From Octopus bimaculoides (lineage: Eukaryota): a stretch of 53,995 nt of DNA. Where the stretch lies: contig NC_068985.1 of assembly GCF_001194135.2 (NCBI RefSeq), forward strand, positions 15,675,618 to 15,729,612, in the 5' to 3' direction. Made by a program: the position numbers and the translations under genes. Position 1 is the stretch's first letter. Each line of letters begins with the position of its first letter. The notes under the pieces were generated by a model. It was not told where the DNA came from. It saw nothing but the letters and a program-made list of their open reading frames with translations, and searched no databases. Shown here piece after piece: positions 11,539-24,395 of this stretch.

Positions 11539-12935
11539 TGCATGTATGAAAGTACGTATGCATGCATGTATGTATGTACGCATGAAGGCATGTGAGTATG
11601 TAATGTATGTATGTATACACACACATATATGCATGAATGTATGTATATATGTATGTATTGTTAGATAAATTCCTTCGTTTTTTAAGATCTATTTTAATCC
11701 TTATATTTTATTCACCGTTTTAATAAATCAGTCAATAATATATTCTCCTTCGAGAATAAATAATATATTTATGAAACTTCAATAAATTTACCTCTTTCTT
11801 GGTCTTACTAATCACACTTCCTCTTTCCCTCCCTATCTCTCTCTCTCTCTCTCTACATACACACATACACACACATGCCCTCCACACAGCTTTTAGTTAC
11901 GGATTTTCCAATTTCACTCCCAATATATTGATAAATACTTCCTCAACAAGCCGTGCAGTGGGATTGAACCGGAACCGCGTGTTTGCAAAGCGAACCTCTT
12001 GGAGACACACCTATATCTGACTGCACCTATACATTTATCGATCAATCGATATAACTGGTTACGATCACTGAACCCTCCTCCCACCACCACTACCACCACC
12101 ACCACAAAAAACAACAACAACATTGATTCGTGCTTAACGCTATTTCACGTATGTATTTGAAATAAAAATCGATAGAGTGTGGCTGATATTCAGCAGTGAC
12201 CAAAATACAAAATATAAAAAAAAGTACCAATTTTCCATATGAAGCTAAATACTTTTTCAGTGATATTTGCAATGTGGTATTGACTAAGTGACACTGGTGC
12301 TATTATTAAAAAATACTTTAGAATTAACTGTCACTGATGTTACATAATTTAGCCGCTACCTATATCTCTTGGCTTTACGCATTTATTTAACACGAACCCA
12401 GTCACGGCCACAAAACTAAAGTGGATACTTTCACATGACATTCGTAAACAGAAAAGGAATTGATTGATTTTTTTTTTGTATTGAAATTACTTACATTGGC
12501 GAATGCTTTGCTCACTTGTGGCACCAGCTTTTGTCCTCCTGTTATCGATCGAGTAGCATTAATCCTGTACCATGCAGACGTGTGAGTTTGGTTCTGTGCA
12601 ACAGTTGCTGCTGCTAATTTAGCAGCCTCATCGGGAGACAGGTTTTTGTTTCTGCCGAGTTCCTGAAGATAAAAAAAAAAATTTAAATAGACAGTAATTC
12701 ACAGAATTTGGAGCAGAGAAAAAAATGTTAAAATAAAAAGTAATTTGAGATATCGATCTAAAGAAGTAAAAAATATGGATTTGACATACATACATACAAG
12801 GGATCTTTCAGCAATATTGACATTGCTTAGCATGGCTTAACTCTTTGCCTATCCGAAGTTATTCAGTTGAAAAATATTGGAAATGCGTATTATACATGAA
12901 GCATGAATGCATCATATATGATGCGCGTATAATGC

Positions 12936-13312
12936 TGACACTCCGTCGCTTACGACGACGAGGGTTCCAGTTGATCCGAACAACGGAACAACCTGCTCGT
13001 GAAATTAACGTATAAGTGGCTGAGCACTCCACAGTCACGTGTACCCTTAACGTAGTTCTCGGGGATATTCAGCGTGACACAGTGTGACAAGGCTGGCCCT
13101 TTGAATTACAGGCACGATAGAAACAGGAAGTAAGAATGAGAGAAAGTTGTGGCGAAAGAGTACAGCAGGGTTCGTCACCATCCCCTGCCGGAGCCTCGTG
13201 GAGCTTTAGGTGTTTTCACTCAATAAACACTCACAACGCCCGGTCTGGGAATCGAAACCGCGATCCTATGATTGCGAGTCTGCTGCCCTAACCACTGGGC
13301 TATTGCGCCTCC
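12936..13312 (-). mobile_element. SINE family B, full length
   Basis: Minus strand: ggaggcgcaatagcccagtggttagggcagc (A box), gtttcgattccc (B box), body, 3' stem-loop. Confidence 0.92.
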
Positions 13313-14352
13313 ACTAATGCACGTATAATATATGGTGCATAAAGGCCAGAGGAACGTTCTGCGTATCAATTGTGATACACAGGAGATATTTTCTTGGTAT
13401 CCATACATCATATATGATTCCCGTTCTCATTTCTTTTTTCCAACCTCAAGAGTAACTTGGGACTTATGAAGGAAAGTTTTATATTATGCAGGATGTTTGA
13501 AAGAAGGATTAATCAAAAGCCTGAAAAAAAAAAGAAAAAAGCATAGATGTTTCGGAAACGAATTAAAACGTTTGAACAGGCAAAGCGTTAATTTAAAATG
13601 ATTTGATACCAGTCAACTTGGAAAATAAGCCTTTTCAAGTGTTTTGTCATGTGTATAGGCCACAAAAAACCCAAGCAAACAAATTATTAATTACCAACTT
13701 TCTTTCGATTCAAGAAGTCTCATCTTTATTACGATCCACCATAACACTGAAAACTGAGTACAATTTACCATTTGTAGAAAGGATAATCAGAATAAAGCTC
13801 AATTTTGCTGATATGATGACACCTATAAAACTATCATTTTTTGCAAAAGTAGGAGGAGGACAAATCTAGTACGATTTACTTGCAATTTTGTTTTAGATGT
13901 GCTTAAATTTTCTCATCTACATATATAAGATATCACAGAACTACTTGGTGTTTCTCACTACTTCAACACCAGAACTGTTATACCTATGTTTCGCAGAGGA
14001 TATTTAAGAAGGCGGAAACATGTTCGGCGTTGTCTCCTTTGTAGCCGAAATATCAGCTACTGAGTTAATGTTTTTCTTCAATGTCTATGTATTTCTAATT
14101 GAATGTTTGACGCTCACTATATTGAATATTTTGCGCCAACTTAACTGAAGTCACTGAAACATAACTTCAGAATCTTATTTATTATATAAACAAAAATATC
14201 TCAGCATGTTTTATTAACCATTCTTTACGGGATACAAATCATGGCATGTATTCTGGTTGTAAACTGATATGCATATTTGCATATTTTATGTTACATATTG
14301 ATTTCTTTAGACGAGTGGCTCCTAAACGAATAAGAGGCGATATATGGTGGGT

Positions 14353-14514
14353 AGGCATTGCCATGGCTCTGTGGTTAAGGAAGCTCGCTTTGCAACCATC
14401 TGGTTTCGGGTTCAGTCCCACTGCGCAGCATCTTGAACAAGTGTCTTCTATAACCATGGGGCAACCTATGCTTTGTGATTGAATTTTGCTTGACGAAACC
14501 GTGACGAAATACCC

Positions 14515-14547
<33 letters not shown>

Positions 14548-14700
14548 TGTGTGTGTGTATATGTAGGTGCATGCGTGCGTGTTTGTGTCTTTCTGTTCAT
14601 TCCCACCACTGCTTGACAACTCGTGTTGTTTCTTTACATTCCTGTAACTTAGTTGTTAAGCAAAATAGATCGATAGTATAAGTACTAGATTTTAAAAAAG
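14353..14700 (+). mobile_element. SINE family C, diverged
   Basis: Head ggcattgccatggctctgtggttaagg...gggttcagtccc, internal (TA)/(CA) tract, ccaccactgcttgacaac body. Confidence 0.8.
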
Positions 14701-14877
14701 AACCACAATAAAAAAATCTGATTAAGTCATTATATTATTTCGATTGTGCTTCATAAGCATAAGGTATGGTTGATATATTTTAAATACATTAGTTTCATTG
14801 GGTCAGGATCGAACCAATGAACTTTCCATATGACGCTCGGAGTTTCAAAGTTTTTATTCGATATATCACTGTCCAAG

Positions 14878-15325
14878 GGCGGCGAGCTGGCAGAAACGTT
14901 AGCACGCCGGGCGAAATGCTTACCGGTTTTTCGTCTGTCATTACGTTCTGAGTTCAAATTCCGCCGAGGTCGACGTTGTCTTTCATCCTTTCGGGGTCGA
15001 TAAATTAAGTACCAGTTGCGTAGTGGGGTCGATTTAATCGACTGGCCTCTCCCCACCAAACTTCGGGCCTTGTGCCTAAAGTAGAAAAGAATATACCACT
15101 GTCCAAGGTGGCAGAGTCGTTAGCATACGGGGCAAATGCTTAGTGGCATTTCTTCGGGCTTCATGTTCTGAGTTCAAATTCCACCGAGGTCAACTTTGCT
15201 CTCATTCTTTCAGGAGTCGATAAAATAAGTATTATTTGAACACAGGGGTCGATATAATCGACTAGCCCCTTCCTCATCACCTTTACTAAAGTTTCAGGCC
15301 TTGTGCCTATAATAGAAATAAAGAA
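14878..15325 (+). mobile_element. Two tandem SINE family A copies
   Basis: Copies at about 14878-15092 and 15106-15325, separated and flanked by cactgtccaag-like repeats. Confidence 0.9.
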
Positions 15326-15779
15326 ATATGCCGCTGTCCAAAGAACTCGTATCATTTTAAATCTGTGGTTAATGTTTAAAGCTGAATGGTTTGCGATCGA
15401 AAATGTTAGAAGTTGTAGAAAATGTTTAAATGTCTGAGATAAATTGCTGATATTAAGATTATCGTTTTTCAGATTATTAATCTTATCTTTTGAGATAAAA
15501 AAAGCAAAAGCATCAATAAAACACAAAACAAACTAATATTTCAAATACATAAGGTTTCAATCGCTTTAATTTGAATTCTGTCTAGATATCCAAGAATAAG
15601 ATACGACGACGTATTTTAATCAAACTGATGGAAACGTAGTGCAGATATAAATATCATTCAATCAGCTTTCATCTCTAAAGACGAGTTTGGTACTACGAAG
15701 AACTATATTTCTATTGTGTGTTTGAATGTACGAAAGTTATTCAGTATTTTTTATCCTTTTATTTGTATTTTTAAGGTAT

Positions 15780-15956
15780 TGGATCGTGGCCATTCTGGGT
15801 CACCGGCTCCAAGGGTGTAGTCGAACAAATTGAGCCCAGTGTTTATTTTAAAATCTGGTACTTATTCTATCAATATTTTTTAGCGAACTGCTAAGTTACG
15901 AGGACGTAAACAAATTTACACCTGTTGTCAAGTGGTGTGGAGATAAGCGCACACGC

Positions 15957-15996
<40 letters not shown>

Positions 15997-16200
15997 CGGG
16001 CTTCCAACATTACTACTCGTATTTCATCCATCTACTCCCTGTCATATATAACGCTCAAGAATATTTTCTGTCTACCAAATTCCATTCACAAAACTTTGGT
16101 CTTCGATGACCTGAGACTATAACAGAAGAAACTTGTCCAAGAGGCCACACAATACAATAGAACCCAAAACCACTTTGCGAAGCAAACATCTCAACCATAG
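15780..16200 (-). mobile_element. SINE family C, diverged, internal (CA)n
   Basis: Revcomp body (cgaactgctaagttacgaggacgtaaac, ttgtcaagtggt) and head (ccaaattccattcacaa...gaagaaacttgtccaag). Confidence 0.7.
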
Positions 16201-16261
16201 AAACAGTTCATTCTACAACTCACATTCAGATTCTAAGAATTATGATGCAAAGTCATGAAAC

Positions 16262-16517
16262 CAGTATTTTACAACCATTTGTTTTTCCCATAAACCCCTT
16301 TGATCCCCATTTTATTTGGATGGTTACTCATAACAATTCGATGTTTAAAAAATCCTCTTGTGTTTTTATTAGTAAATGTTATTAGGAATTGTATAAAAAA
16401 AACTATAAAATGCTTTGTGTATTGTAGAAGTAAAACTAAGTTAATGGCCATAAATTTTATCAGCAAAATCTTACATGGACATGTAAGGATTATATGAGCC
16501 CCGGTTGAGAACCACTA
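16262..16517. mobile_element. hAT-Charlie-type MITE, degraded
   Basis: Ends cagtattttacaacc / ggttgagaaccacta resemble the Charlie TIR CAGTGGTTCTCAACC; flanking 8-mers match only 5 of 8. Confidence 0.5.
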
Positions 16518-16602
16518 CTACAAACCAACAACGAATGGATATTGCGTCGTTCCTGGCGATAAATATTCCCAGTGTTCGATAACGCTGTTGTATAGTGTAA
16601 TA

Positions 16603-16960
16603 ACTTTCTCTCACTCTTACTTCCTGTTTCTGTTGTGCCCGTAATTCAAAGGGTCACCCTTGTCACACTATCACGCTGAATATCCCTGAGAACTACGTTA
16701 AGGGTACACGTGTCTGTGGAGTGCTCAGCCACTTGCACGTTAATTTCACGACAGGCTGTTCTCGGCGCGATGTGTTCTTGAGCAAAACTCTAGATTTCAA
16801 GTTACTTCATTCCATTCAACTATAAATGAGTAAATTATAAGAGACCTTGATCGCTATATCCCTTCTGAACAGGACTAGCGTCCCCTTCGGAGAGGATGTA
16901 GTAATATCGGTCACTTAACACACTATGAAAACCGGGCAACCGACCCTATGAGTTCTAGTA
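16603..16960 (+). mobile_element. SINE family B body fragment plus family E-type core fragment
   Basis: 16603-16761 matches B body; followed by tgtgttcttgagcaaaac...aaatgagta and gactagcgtcccc. Confidence 0.7.
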
Positions 16961-17051
16961 CTCGACACTGTTTAGTTTTATAATGTAAATGGCTGAGAGT
17001 TTCACAGATACTTGCACTTTTAATGTAACACTCAAGCACACATAATCATGA

Positions 17052-17099
<48 letters not shown>

Positions 17100-19457
17100 T
17101 AAAGCTAATCATTTGAATTACATATAAAGTTCATTCCATTGGCTTCCATACAGTTTACAAGGTTTAGATTGACGAGAGGCTGCGGTGGTAGAGGAGAATT
17201 ACCCGAACATAGAACTCGAAACCTCATGGCTGCATAACGAACTTCTTTATTATTTAACCAATATACAGACATATAGAGAAAGAAACATAAATAAATAAAT
17301 AAATAGACAGATAGATAAATAGACGAACAGATAGAGAGATACAGCAGTGAAAATGTGCAAAAACATTTAAAATTCAACATGCAATTCTTTTCTGTTGTTA
17401 TTTAAATTCTGTTGTTTCTTAATTAGAATCCAGCCTCTTCATCATGGACATGTAGTGATAACGGATGAACACATTTTGCCCAGAGGACAGAAGCATTAAT
17501 TACAATGGAATGAGAATATAGTTTTGACGAAATGAATATAAATGAATAAATAAATAAGATATTATTCATAATTATCTGAATAAATGATTCATTTGAATTT
17601 GTTCCATGTTATTAAAAATATATTAAAAGGGAGGCATATTTTGCTTGAGGCAAACTATATAATTATAATTACATTTAATGTATTGTCTGAATTCGTGGTA
17701 TCAGTCAACGAATTTATGTTTATGTAATAAGGTGTAAATCAGATATAGTTCTTGTGAGTGCCAATCGTTAGCAAAGTAGCTGGGACCTCAATTTCCTTAT
17801 CTTAAATCGATAGAGCTCACAAAAAAGAAAAGTATATAAACATCATAGAAAATGTTGTCTCTATACATCTTTAATCTGATGTCTATGAAATTTTCTATCA
17901 TATTCCTTCTGTAACAGAGGTGAAATCCCAGATTCATCGAAGTGCAAATAAAAATATTCTCAATATTCATCTTAAAATCTCATCAGGGTTAATTTCATCA
18001 CTGGAGTAGATTTAATCGATTAAGTTCTACTACAAAATGTTTAGATTTGGGCGAATATACAAGATATCTTTTCGATTCTCGGTATTTACCAGGAATATAA
18101 CGATTTATTATTTGTTGGCAGATATCAGCACGGATCAGTGAATACTTGTTCTCTAAAATTATAAATAAGGTTATCGGCTCTTCTTACATTCATCGGTCTG
18201 GGTGTTTCTGGCAGACGAGACACAACATATCGAAACAGCATTATCTCAGAATCCCTTGTACTAAGGAATCGAGTGTGCCATGAACGCATATTCGACATAA
18301 AGGAGTAGCTACTTTTCCTGCGACAAACACAAAAGCGATTGGCATATTTGCGTTCGAATCTGCCGTAATGCATTCAGAATAAACAAGCAAGCCGTCGTTA
18401 AGATTTATGATTTATTAATATCAGGTACACGAAAATTTTGTTTTATGAAGTAGTTCAATGAGGCGAATTATTTCTACGCGCCATCCTTATAAACAACAAA
18501 AGCTTAGTTAATGATAACTTATTTAATGTAGTGAGTATGTCTCTGAAAGTAAAAAAGCATGCAACTATTTCACTTCAATTGTATATTTCGCAAAATCTCT
18601 CTTCACTACTTCGGCGAATACTGTGAAGCCTATGTTTAGTTCAGAAGTTCTGAACTGGTGAAGACTGCTCCATTTTGGCTGCAGCTTGTTTGCTGATCGA
18701 GTAAACCAGCAAACAATGTACCCGAGGAAATGTTTGTCATATTTCGAAACAAGCCTGGAGTTGTCTTCTCGTAATAACGAAATGGTTAGAATAATTTAGA
18801 ACAATTTGAGCTAATATTATTTCTACTTCATCTTATTAATATTTCTAATTAAGTATAACACTACGTTAACTATGCTTTTTTTTTTATTGCGTTTGGAGTC
18901 TCTGAATAATTAATCCCAATGATTTTAAAAAATACTAATTTTTCATGCTTACTCCCATACAATATTGTACATATACTTAATGATTCTCTAATAATTACTT
19001 CGGCAAGTACCTTGAAGCCTATGCTTCACGGACGAGTTTTAATAAGCCTGAAACAAACCTAGAATGTTTTTTTTGCTCTTGCCGAAATGATTAAAATAAT
19101 ATTAATCATTGAGATAAAGGTATCATTCTCTCATCCTCTAAGTGCTTCTAATTAGGTTGTCTACCATGACTAAATTAACACTAACTTGTCTTTTGTAAAT
19201 TATTCTGAAGAGAATATACACTTGTATTATAGACATCCATTCTATCATCTTGAAGGCCTCAAATTTTGGGTGAATGTGTATAATAGATTGCATCAACTCC
19301 AGAGCTTAATTGCTATTATTTTATGAATCCGGGAAGGTTTAGCGATAATGTCGTTCTAGGTGGGGTGAGAAAATAGAATTATGCTACTAAATACCACAAG
19401 TTAGTTTATCTTTCACCCTACCTATCTTGCCAATACATCACTCCGAACACTAAAATA

Positions 19458-19935
19458 CATGCAGTCTCGTTTATCACAGATTCATTCATCATTGATCAGG
19501 GTTAACTTGATATGCTCAATTGTGAGCCATGTTTTGCTTATCACGGATTGATCTGTAATAACACGGACCGGAGATCAGTTGGAGATTCAGCTTGTACTGC
19601 AAAAATACTAAATCCAACAGACCACCCACAATACTTATCCACCTTCAATGCAATAACTATCGCTTGTGTTTACATCACTGTGCAGCGATTTGTTTTCGGA
19701 TTTATGAATTCGAATCAATCAACATGACACCAGTGAACAGAAAAAACACGAAGTTGCCAGATTCTAACAAACGATGCAGATGAGTGTATTCTCTGCAGGA
19801 AAAGATAGAGATGAACAAGAAAATACATGACGGTGGAAATTTCATAGCTGTGAGTCGAAAGTTTGGTGTCAATAAATTTACCTTTCGTATCACTTACCAA
19901 GTGTGTAGAGCTGATTCATTTATCACTGATTCCTA
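19458..19935 (+). mobile_element. pogo/Tigger DNA transposon left end with HTH pseudogene
   Basis: One frame from ATG 19724 reads MTPVNRKNTKLPDSNKRCR*VYSLQEKIEMNKKIHDGGNFIAVSRKFGVNKFTFR (CENP-B/psq-type HTH); TA|CA(T)GCAGTCTCG end at 19458; TTATCAC(N)GATT repeated near 19471, 19538 and 19920. Confidence 0.7.
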
Positions 19936-19999
19936 TTACTATTGTTTCTTTTTATTAAACAATACCAGGAAATAACCGAGTATAGGTGGCATTAATATT

Positions 20000-20849
20000 C
20001 CTATAGGCACAAGTCTTGATATTTTTGTAGGAAAGAGGCTCGTCGATTAGATCGACCCCAGTACGCAACTGGCACTTATTTTATTGACCCTCAAAAGGAT
20101 GAAAGGCGAAGTCGACCTCGGCGGAATTTGAACTCAGAACGTAAAGACGAACGAAATGCCGCTAAGCATTTTGCCCGACGTGTTAAAGATTCTGCCCAAT
20201 ACAGATGTATTAATACTGATTTCAAATTTTTTGCACAAGGCCAGCAAACTCAGGGGAGAGGGCAAGTCGATTACATAGACCCTAGCGCTCAATTGGTACT
20301 TATTTTAGCGACCTCTCTGGAATTTGAACTCAAAGCGTACAGACGGATAAAATGCCGCTAAGCATTCTGCCCGTCGTGCTAACGATTCCACCAGCTCGTC
20401 GCCTTAGATGTATTAACATTCTTTTCTACTCCAGGTACAAGGCCCGAAAATTTTGGGGGAGGAGTCCAGTCGATTAGATCGACCCCACTACGCAACTGGT
20501 ACTTAATTTATCGACCCCGAAAGGATGAAAGACAAAGTCGACCTCGGCGGAATTTGAACTCAGAACGTAACGGTAGACGAAATACTGCTAAGCATTTCGC
20601 CTGGCGTGCTAACGTTTCTCATTTCTTTATTCCCCACAAGGGGCTAAACATAGAGGGGACGCACAAGGACAGAGAAGGGGATTAAGTCGATTACATCGAC
20701 CCCAGTGCGTAACTGGTACTTAATTTATCGACCCCGAAAGGATGAAAGGCGAAATGATCCCCGGCGGAATTTGAGCTAGAACGTAAAGACAGACGAAATA
20801 CCGCTAAGCATTTCGCCCGGCGTGTTAACGTTTCTGTCAGCTCACCGCC
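20000..20849 (-). mobile_element. Cluster of SINE family A/D copies including a D-A chimera
   Basis: Four core units; agatgtattaa spacers near 20206, 20406 and 20852. Confidence 0.9.
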
Positions 20850-21296
20850 TTAGATGTATTAATATTGACTAGGAAAATATATGGAAGTATGTCTATAAGT
20901 TTAAAACATATTTTAATTTCCCGCAGAGAAAATATTGAGTTTATAAACGAGAACTTTCGTCGAGTCATGTGACTGGCTGTGAATCTATTGGTTTCATTGC
21001 CAGTAATGGTATCGTGCTATTAATAATCACATTGATAGTGAAAGTGATAGCAACTGAAAATAAATACGTAAAGGGATATAGATATGTTTTTATATCCTGA
21101 GATATTTTATTTAAAACTACTGTTTGGAACGTAATTAATATTGACTTTGCTGTTATAGAATACTCAAACTTGTGATGGCGTCAGATCTGTATAAAATAGA
21201 AAATGAGATTCTGGCACGTTCATTGAATATTCTCACAGTTTTGTTTTTCTGTCAGTGTGTCTGCCTGTTTTTTAGTCTGTCTATCCATCTATCTGT

Positions 21297-21594
21297 GGAG
21301 GTGCAATGGCCCAGTGGCTAGGGCAGTGGACTCGCGGTCATAGGATCGCGGTTTCGATTCCCAGATCGGGCGTTGTGAGTGTTTATTGACCGAAAACATC
21401 TAAAGCTCCACGAGGCTCCGGCAGGGGATGGTGGCGAACCCTGCTGTACTCTTTCACCACAACTTTCTCTCACTCTTTCTTCCTGTTTCTGTTGTGACTG
21501 TAATTCAAAGGGTCAGCCTTGTCACACTGTGTCACACTGAATATCCCCCGAGAGCTACATTAAGGGTACACGTGACTGTGGAGTGCTCAGCCAC
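21297..21594 (+). mobile_element. SINE family B, 3' end missing
   Basis: ggaggtgcaatggcccagtggctagggc...gtttcgattccc head and B body ending at ctcagccac. Confidence 0.9.
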
Positions 21595-21929
21595 AGGAAA
21601 TGATTAAAGTTACAAAACGAAGTCTTAGAAATAAGCAAGGATTTTCATAATTACCAGTTAGTTATAGGACTCCAAATGTAACCACTTAATTGTTAAACCT
21701 TAAGTTTTTAGCTTGGGCTGAGACTCACCAGATATTGAAATAAATATGGTTACTCTTACTCTTGTGTGTTAATCGTATTTCATTCAATAAAATGGCTTGA
21801 TACACCAGTCTTTAAAATCCAGCGTTTACTTAATGTCTGAATGGAATCTCAGGAAGTCATTAACATTTACATCAACTTGTTGGGAACGTTGCAACTAATC
21901 AAAGACATACGTTAATATGAATTCAATTT

Positions 21930-22150
21930 AAGACAGCGATCTGACAGAATCGTTAGCACGCCGAGCAAAATGTTTAGCGGCATTTCGTTCGTCTTTACGT
22001 TCTGAGTTCAGATCTCGCCGAGGTCGACTTTGCCTTTAATCTCTTCGGGGTGAATAAAATAAGTACGAATTGAGCACTGAGACCCATATCATCGACTTAC
22101 TCCCTTCCTCGAATTTGCTGACGCTGTGCCAAAATTTCAGACTAATACGA
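21930..22150 (+). mobile_element. SINE family A, diverged
   Basis: cagaatcgttagcacgccgagc...gttctgagttcagatc...gtcgactttgcc. Confidence 0.8.
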
Positions 22151-22277
22151 ATTCAATTTAATTTCTCTTGTATAAAAAAAAAAAACACCAGCACATTCTT
22201 AACGATGTCTCCAAAATTGAAAGCAAACATTTCTATACTTCTTAAAATGTGAAGGAAGATCTGTGTGTGTGTGTGTT

Positions 22278-22320
<43 letters not shown>

Positions 22321-22401
22321 GTATGTATGTATATTCGCCATGTTGGACCACTGAACTCAACACGCCTTTTGTCATTCTCTCTATTTATTTCCTCTTATTC
22401 A

Positions 22402-22515
22402 TTTCTGTCGCTCGAAACATAAAAGATTTTTCCATTTTTCCCGAGCGTCAAACTAATACACTTGCTTGTTGTTCCTACACCTGTCTTCATCTTTGTTTTT
22501 CTATAAATTTTAGCT
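22402..22515 (+). mobile_element. Short repeat (Penelope-like-end candidate), second copy at 46440-46575
   Basis: Shared gaaac...aaaga...ccattt..ccgagcgtcaaactaatac...tgttgttcc..ac.tgtctt, both ending in (TA)n. Confidence 0.6.
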
Positions 22516-23257
22516 ATATATATATAACACACACATACATAATCACACACATTTAAATCCGTTATATGCAATAGATGTAGTAGTAGATTGAAATAGCCAT
22601 TTGCCTAACGAAATCAAAATACATTTTGAAAGCAAATTTTCTGCGATATTCGTTCAAAGATAATATCTTATATGGAAGAGCCGTGTTTAAAAACACGGAC
22701 GAATACCGCAGAAAACTTGCTTTACGGCGATATATCAATTGGGTTGTTAGATATTCGTTCATTTTATTCCATTTATTTTAATCTTTATTTTTCATCCACA
22801 ATTTTAACATATCAGTCAGTAATCTCCTTCGTTGTAAACTATTTCTTGTCAATGTTCCACTTTCGTGAATGCCTTGTCGAACCACGAAAAATACACATGC
22901 TCGTTGAATTATCTCCCCTCGTTCTAACCGAATAAGTATGGAAATAATACAGTTTTTCCTAATCATTCTTTTTTTGTTAGCTCTTTATTTCCTCAAGTAT
23001 TAAATATATTAACAACCACTAACCGGAGGCCATTTACTGACGATGCACGTATTGGGAGTTTAAATTGTCATTCAGATGGCGACCTGAGCCTAATATACAC
23101 TCATTTAGAACCTAACCTACGTGCAAATTATTTTCCTGTAAGCTACAGAATACCGGACATTCACGTCCGTTACAGATGTAAATATGCTGCTAATGAGGGA
23201 CCAATTAACCTTTCTTGCTGGTAAATATGGTTGACGTATCAGAAAAACAGGCGTTTA

Positions 23258-23302
<45 letters not shown>

Positions 23303-23398
23303 GTCTGTCTTTCTATCTGTCTGCCTGCCTACCTGCCTGTCTGCCTGTCTATCTATATACACGAATATATACAGATATATATGTATATATAAAACACG

Positions 23399-23435
<37 letters not shown>

Positions 23436-23532
23436 TTGCAAGATTCTTGATGTGAAATCGTGTGTTGAAACAGATATGACCATCCCCAAATACAATATAT
23501 ATATATATATGTGCGTATATATATGTGTGAAT

Positions 23533-23655
<123 letters not shown>

Positions 23656-24059
23656 ACGTTGTCTATCTCTGTGTGTGTGTGTGTGATTGCAAGAAGGTTA
23701 GTGTTGCATGTACCACTATTGTGTTGGTCCGTGGCACACACGAACACGTAAGAGTGCAAAGAGGCAAAATCGCCGTCTAATAATGGACTAGTTATTTAGG
23801 AGTTCTTTCTTTAAATAGATGATTCCATCCATCGTGTCTTTAGAGATACAGTTCATTCTACATTTCTTCATTTCGGCTATATATCGGGGACAAATACCGC
23901 AATATCCAGGAAAGGTCAACAGGACTAATTAGTTACTGCTAACAAAAGGTCCAGTAAATTATTTGCTTTTTATTTAACCCCAATATGTAGAAACATGACT
24001 AGTTGTCCTTCATACATACATAAGTAAAATGAATGAGGGATATATTGATCTTTCTAATT

Positions 24060-24395
24060 CTCGACCCTCTAGCCCAAAACTATAACTGTGCTTGAACTTG
24101 TTGTCAGTACATACCCACCGAAGGTACCTCTATCACCATCGAAGATGAAGACCACATAATACAAAGAATCTGAGAAATCTACGTGGAATGGATGTAGATG
24201 TATTCATGAAGCATTAAGACACTCTGCTATCTGCGATTCCAGGCGAACCAACGTCACGACCAGAAACGCAGCGGCATTAAACTCCCTTATTCACCAAAAT
24301 GCACGACTGCTGAAGCAGTACGAATTGCATTGGTGGTGCTCCAGTATGAGCATACATTCCGAGTGAAACATATTAAAAGAATAAAAGAAAAAAAT
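24060..24395 (+). mobile_element. CR1/L2-clade LINE 3' end relic
   Basis: From 24170 reads LRNLRGMDVDVFMKH*DTLLSAIPGEPTSR, like the RT C-terminal FKxxLDxxLxxIPDEP motif; followed by 3' tail ggtggtgctccagtatg...gaaacatattaaaagaataaaag. Confidence 0.6.

Noticed and set aside
14005-14060. gaaacatgtt and gccgaaatatcagctac palindromic stem III-like motifs
   Set aside because: No CUGANGA strand at a usable position.
18125-18373. Minus-strand ORF; another frame gives FVFVAGKVATPLCRIC, vaguely like a hAT BED finger
   Set aside because: Too short and degenerate to call without a profile search.
22673-22706. tggaaga-g-ccgtgttt-aa-aaacacgg-ac-gaat, hammerhead-like
   Set aside because: Only the hairpin is good; core differs at three positions and no stem I or III.
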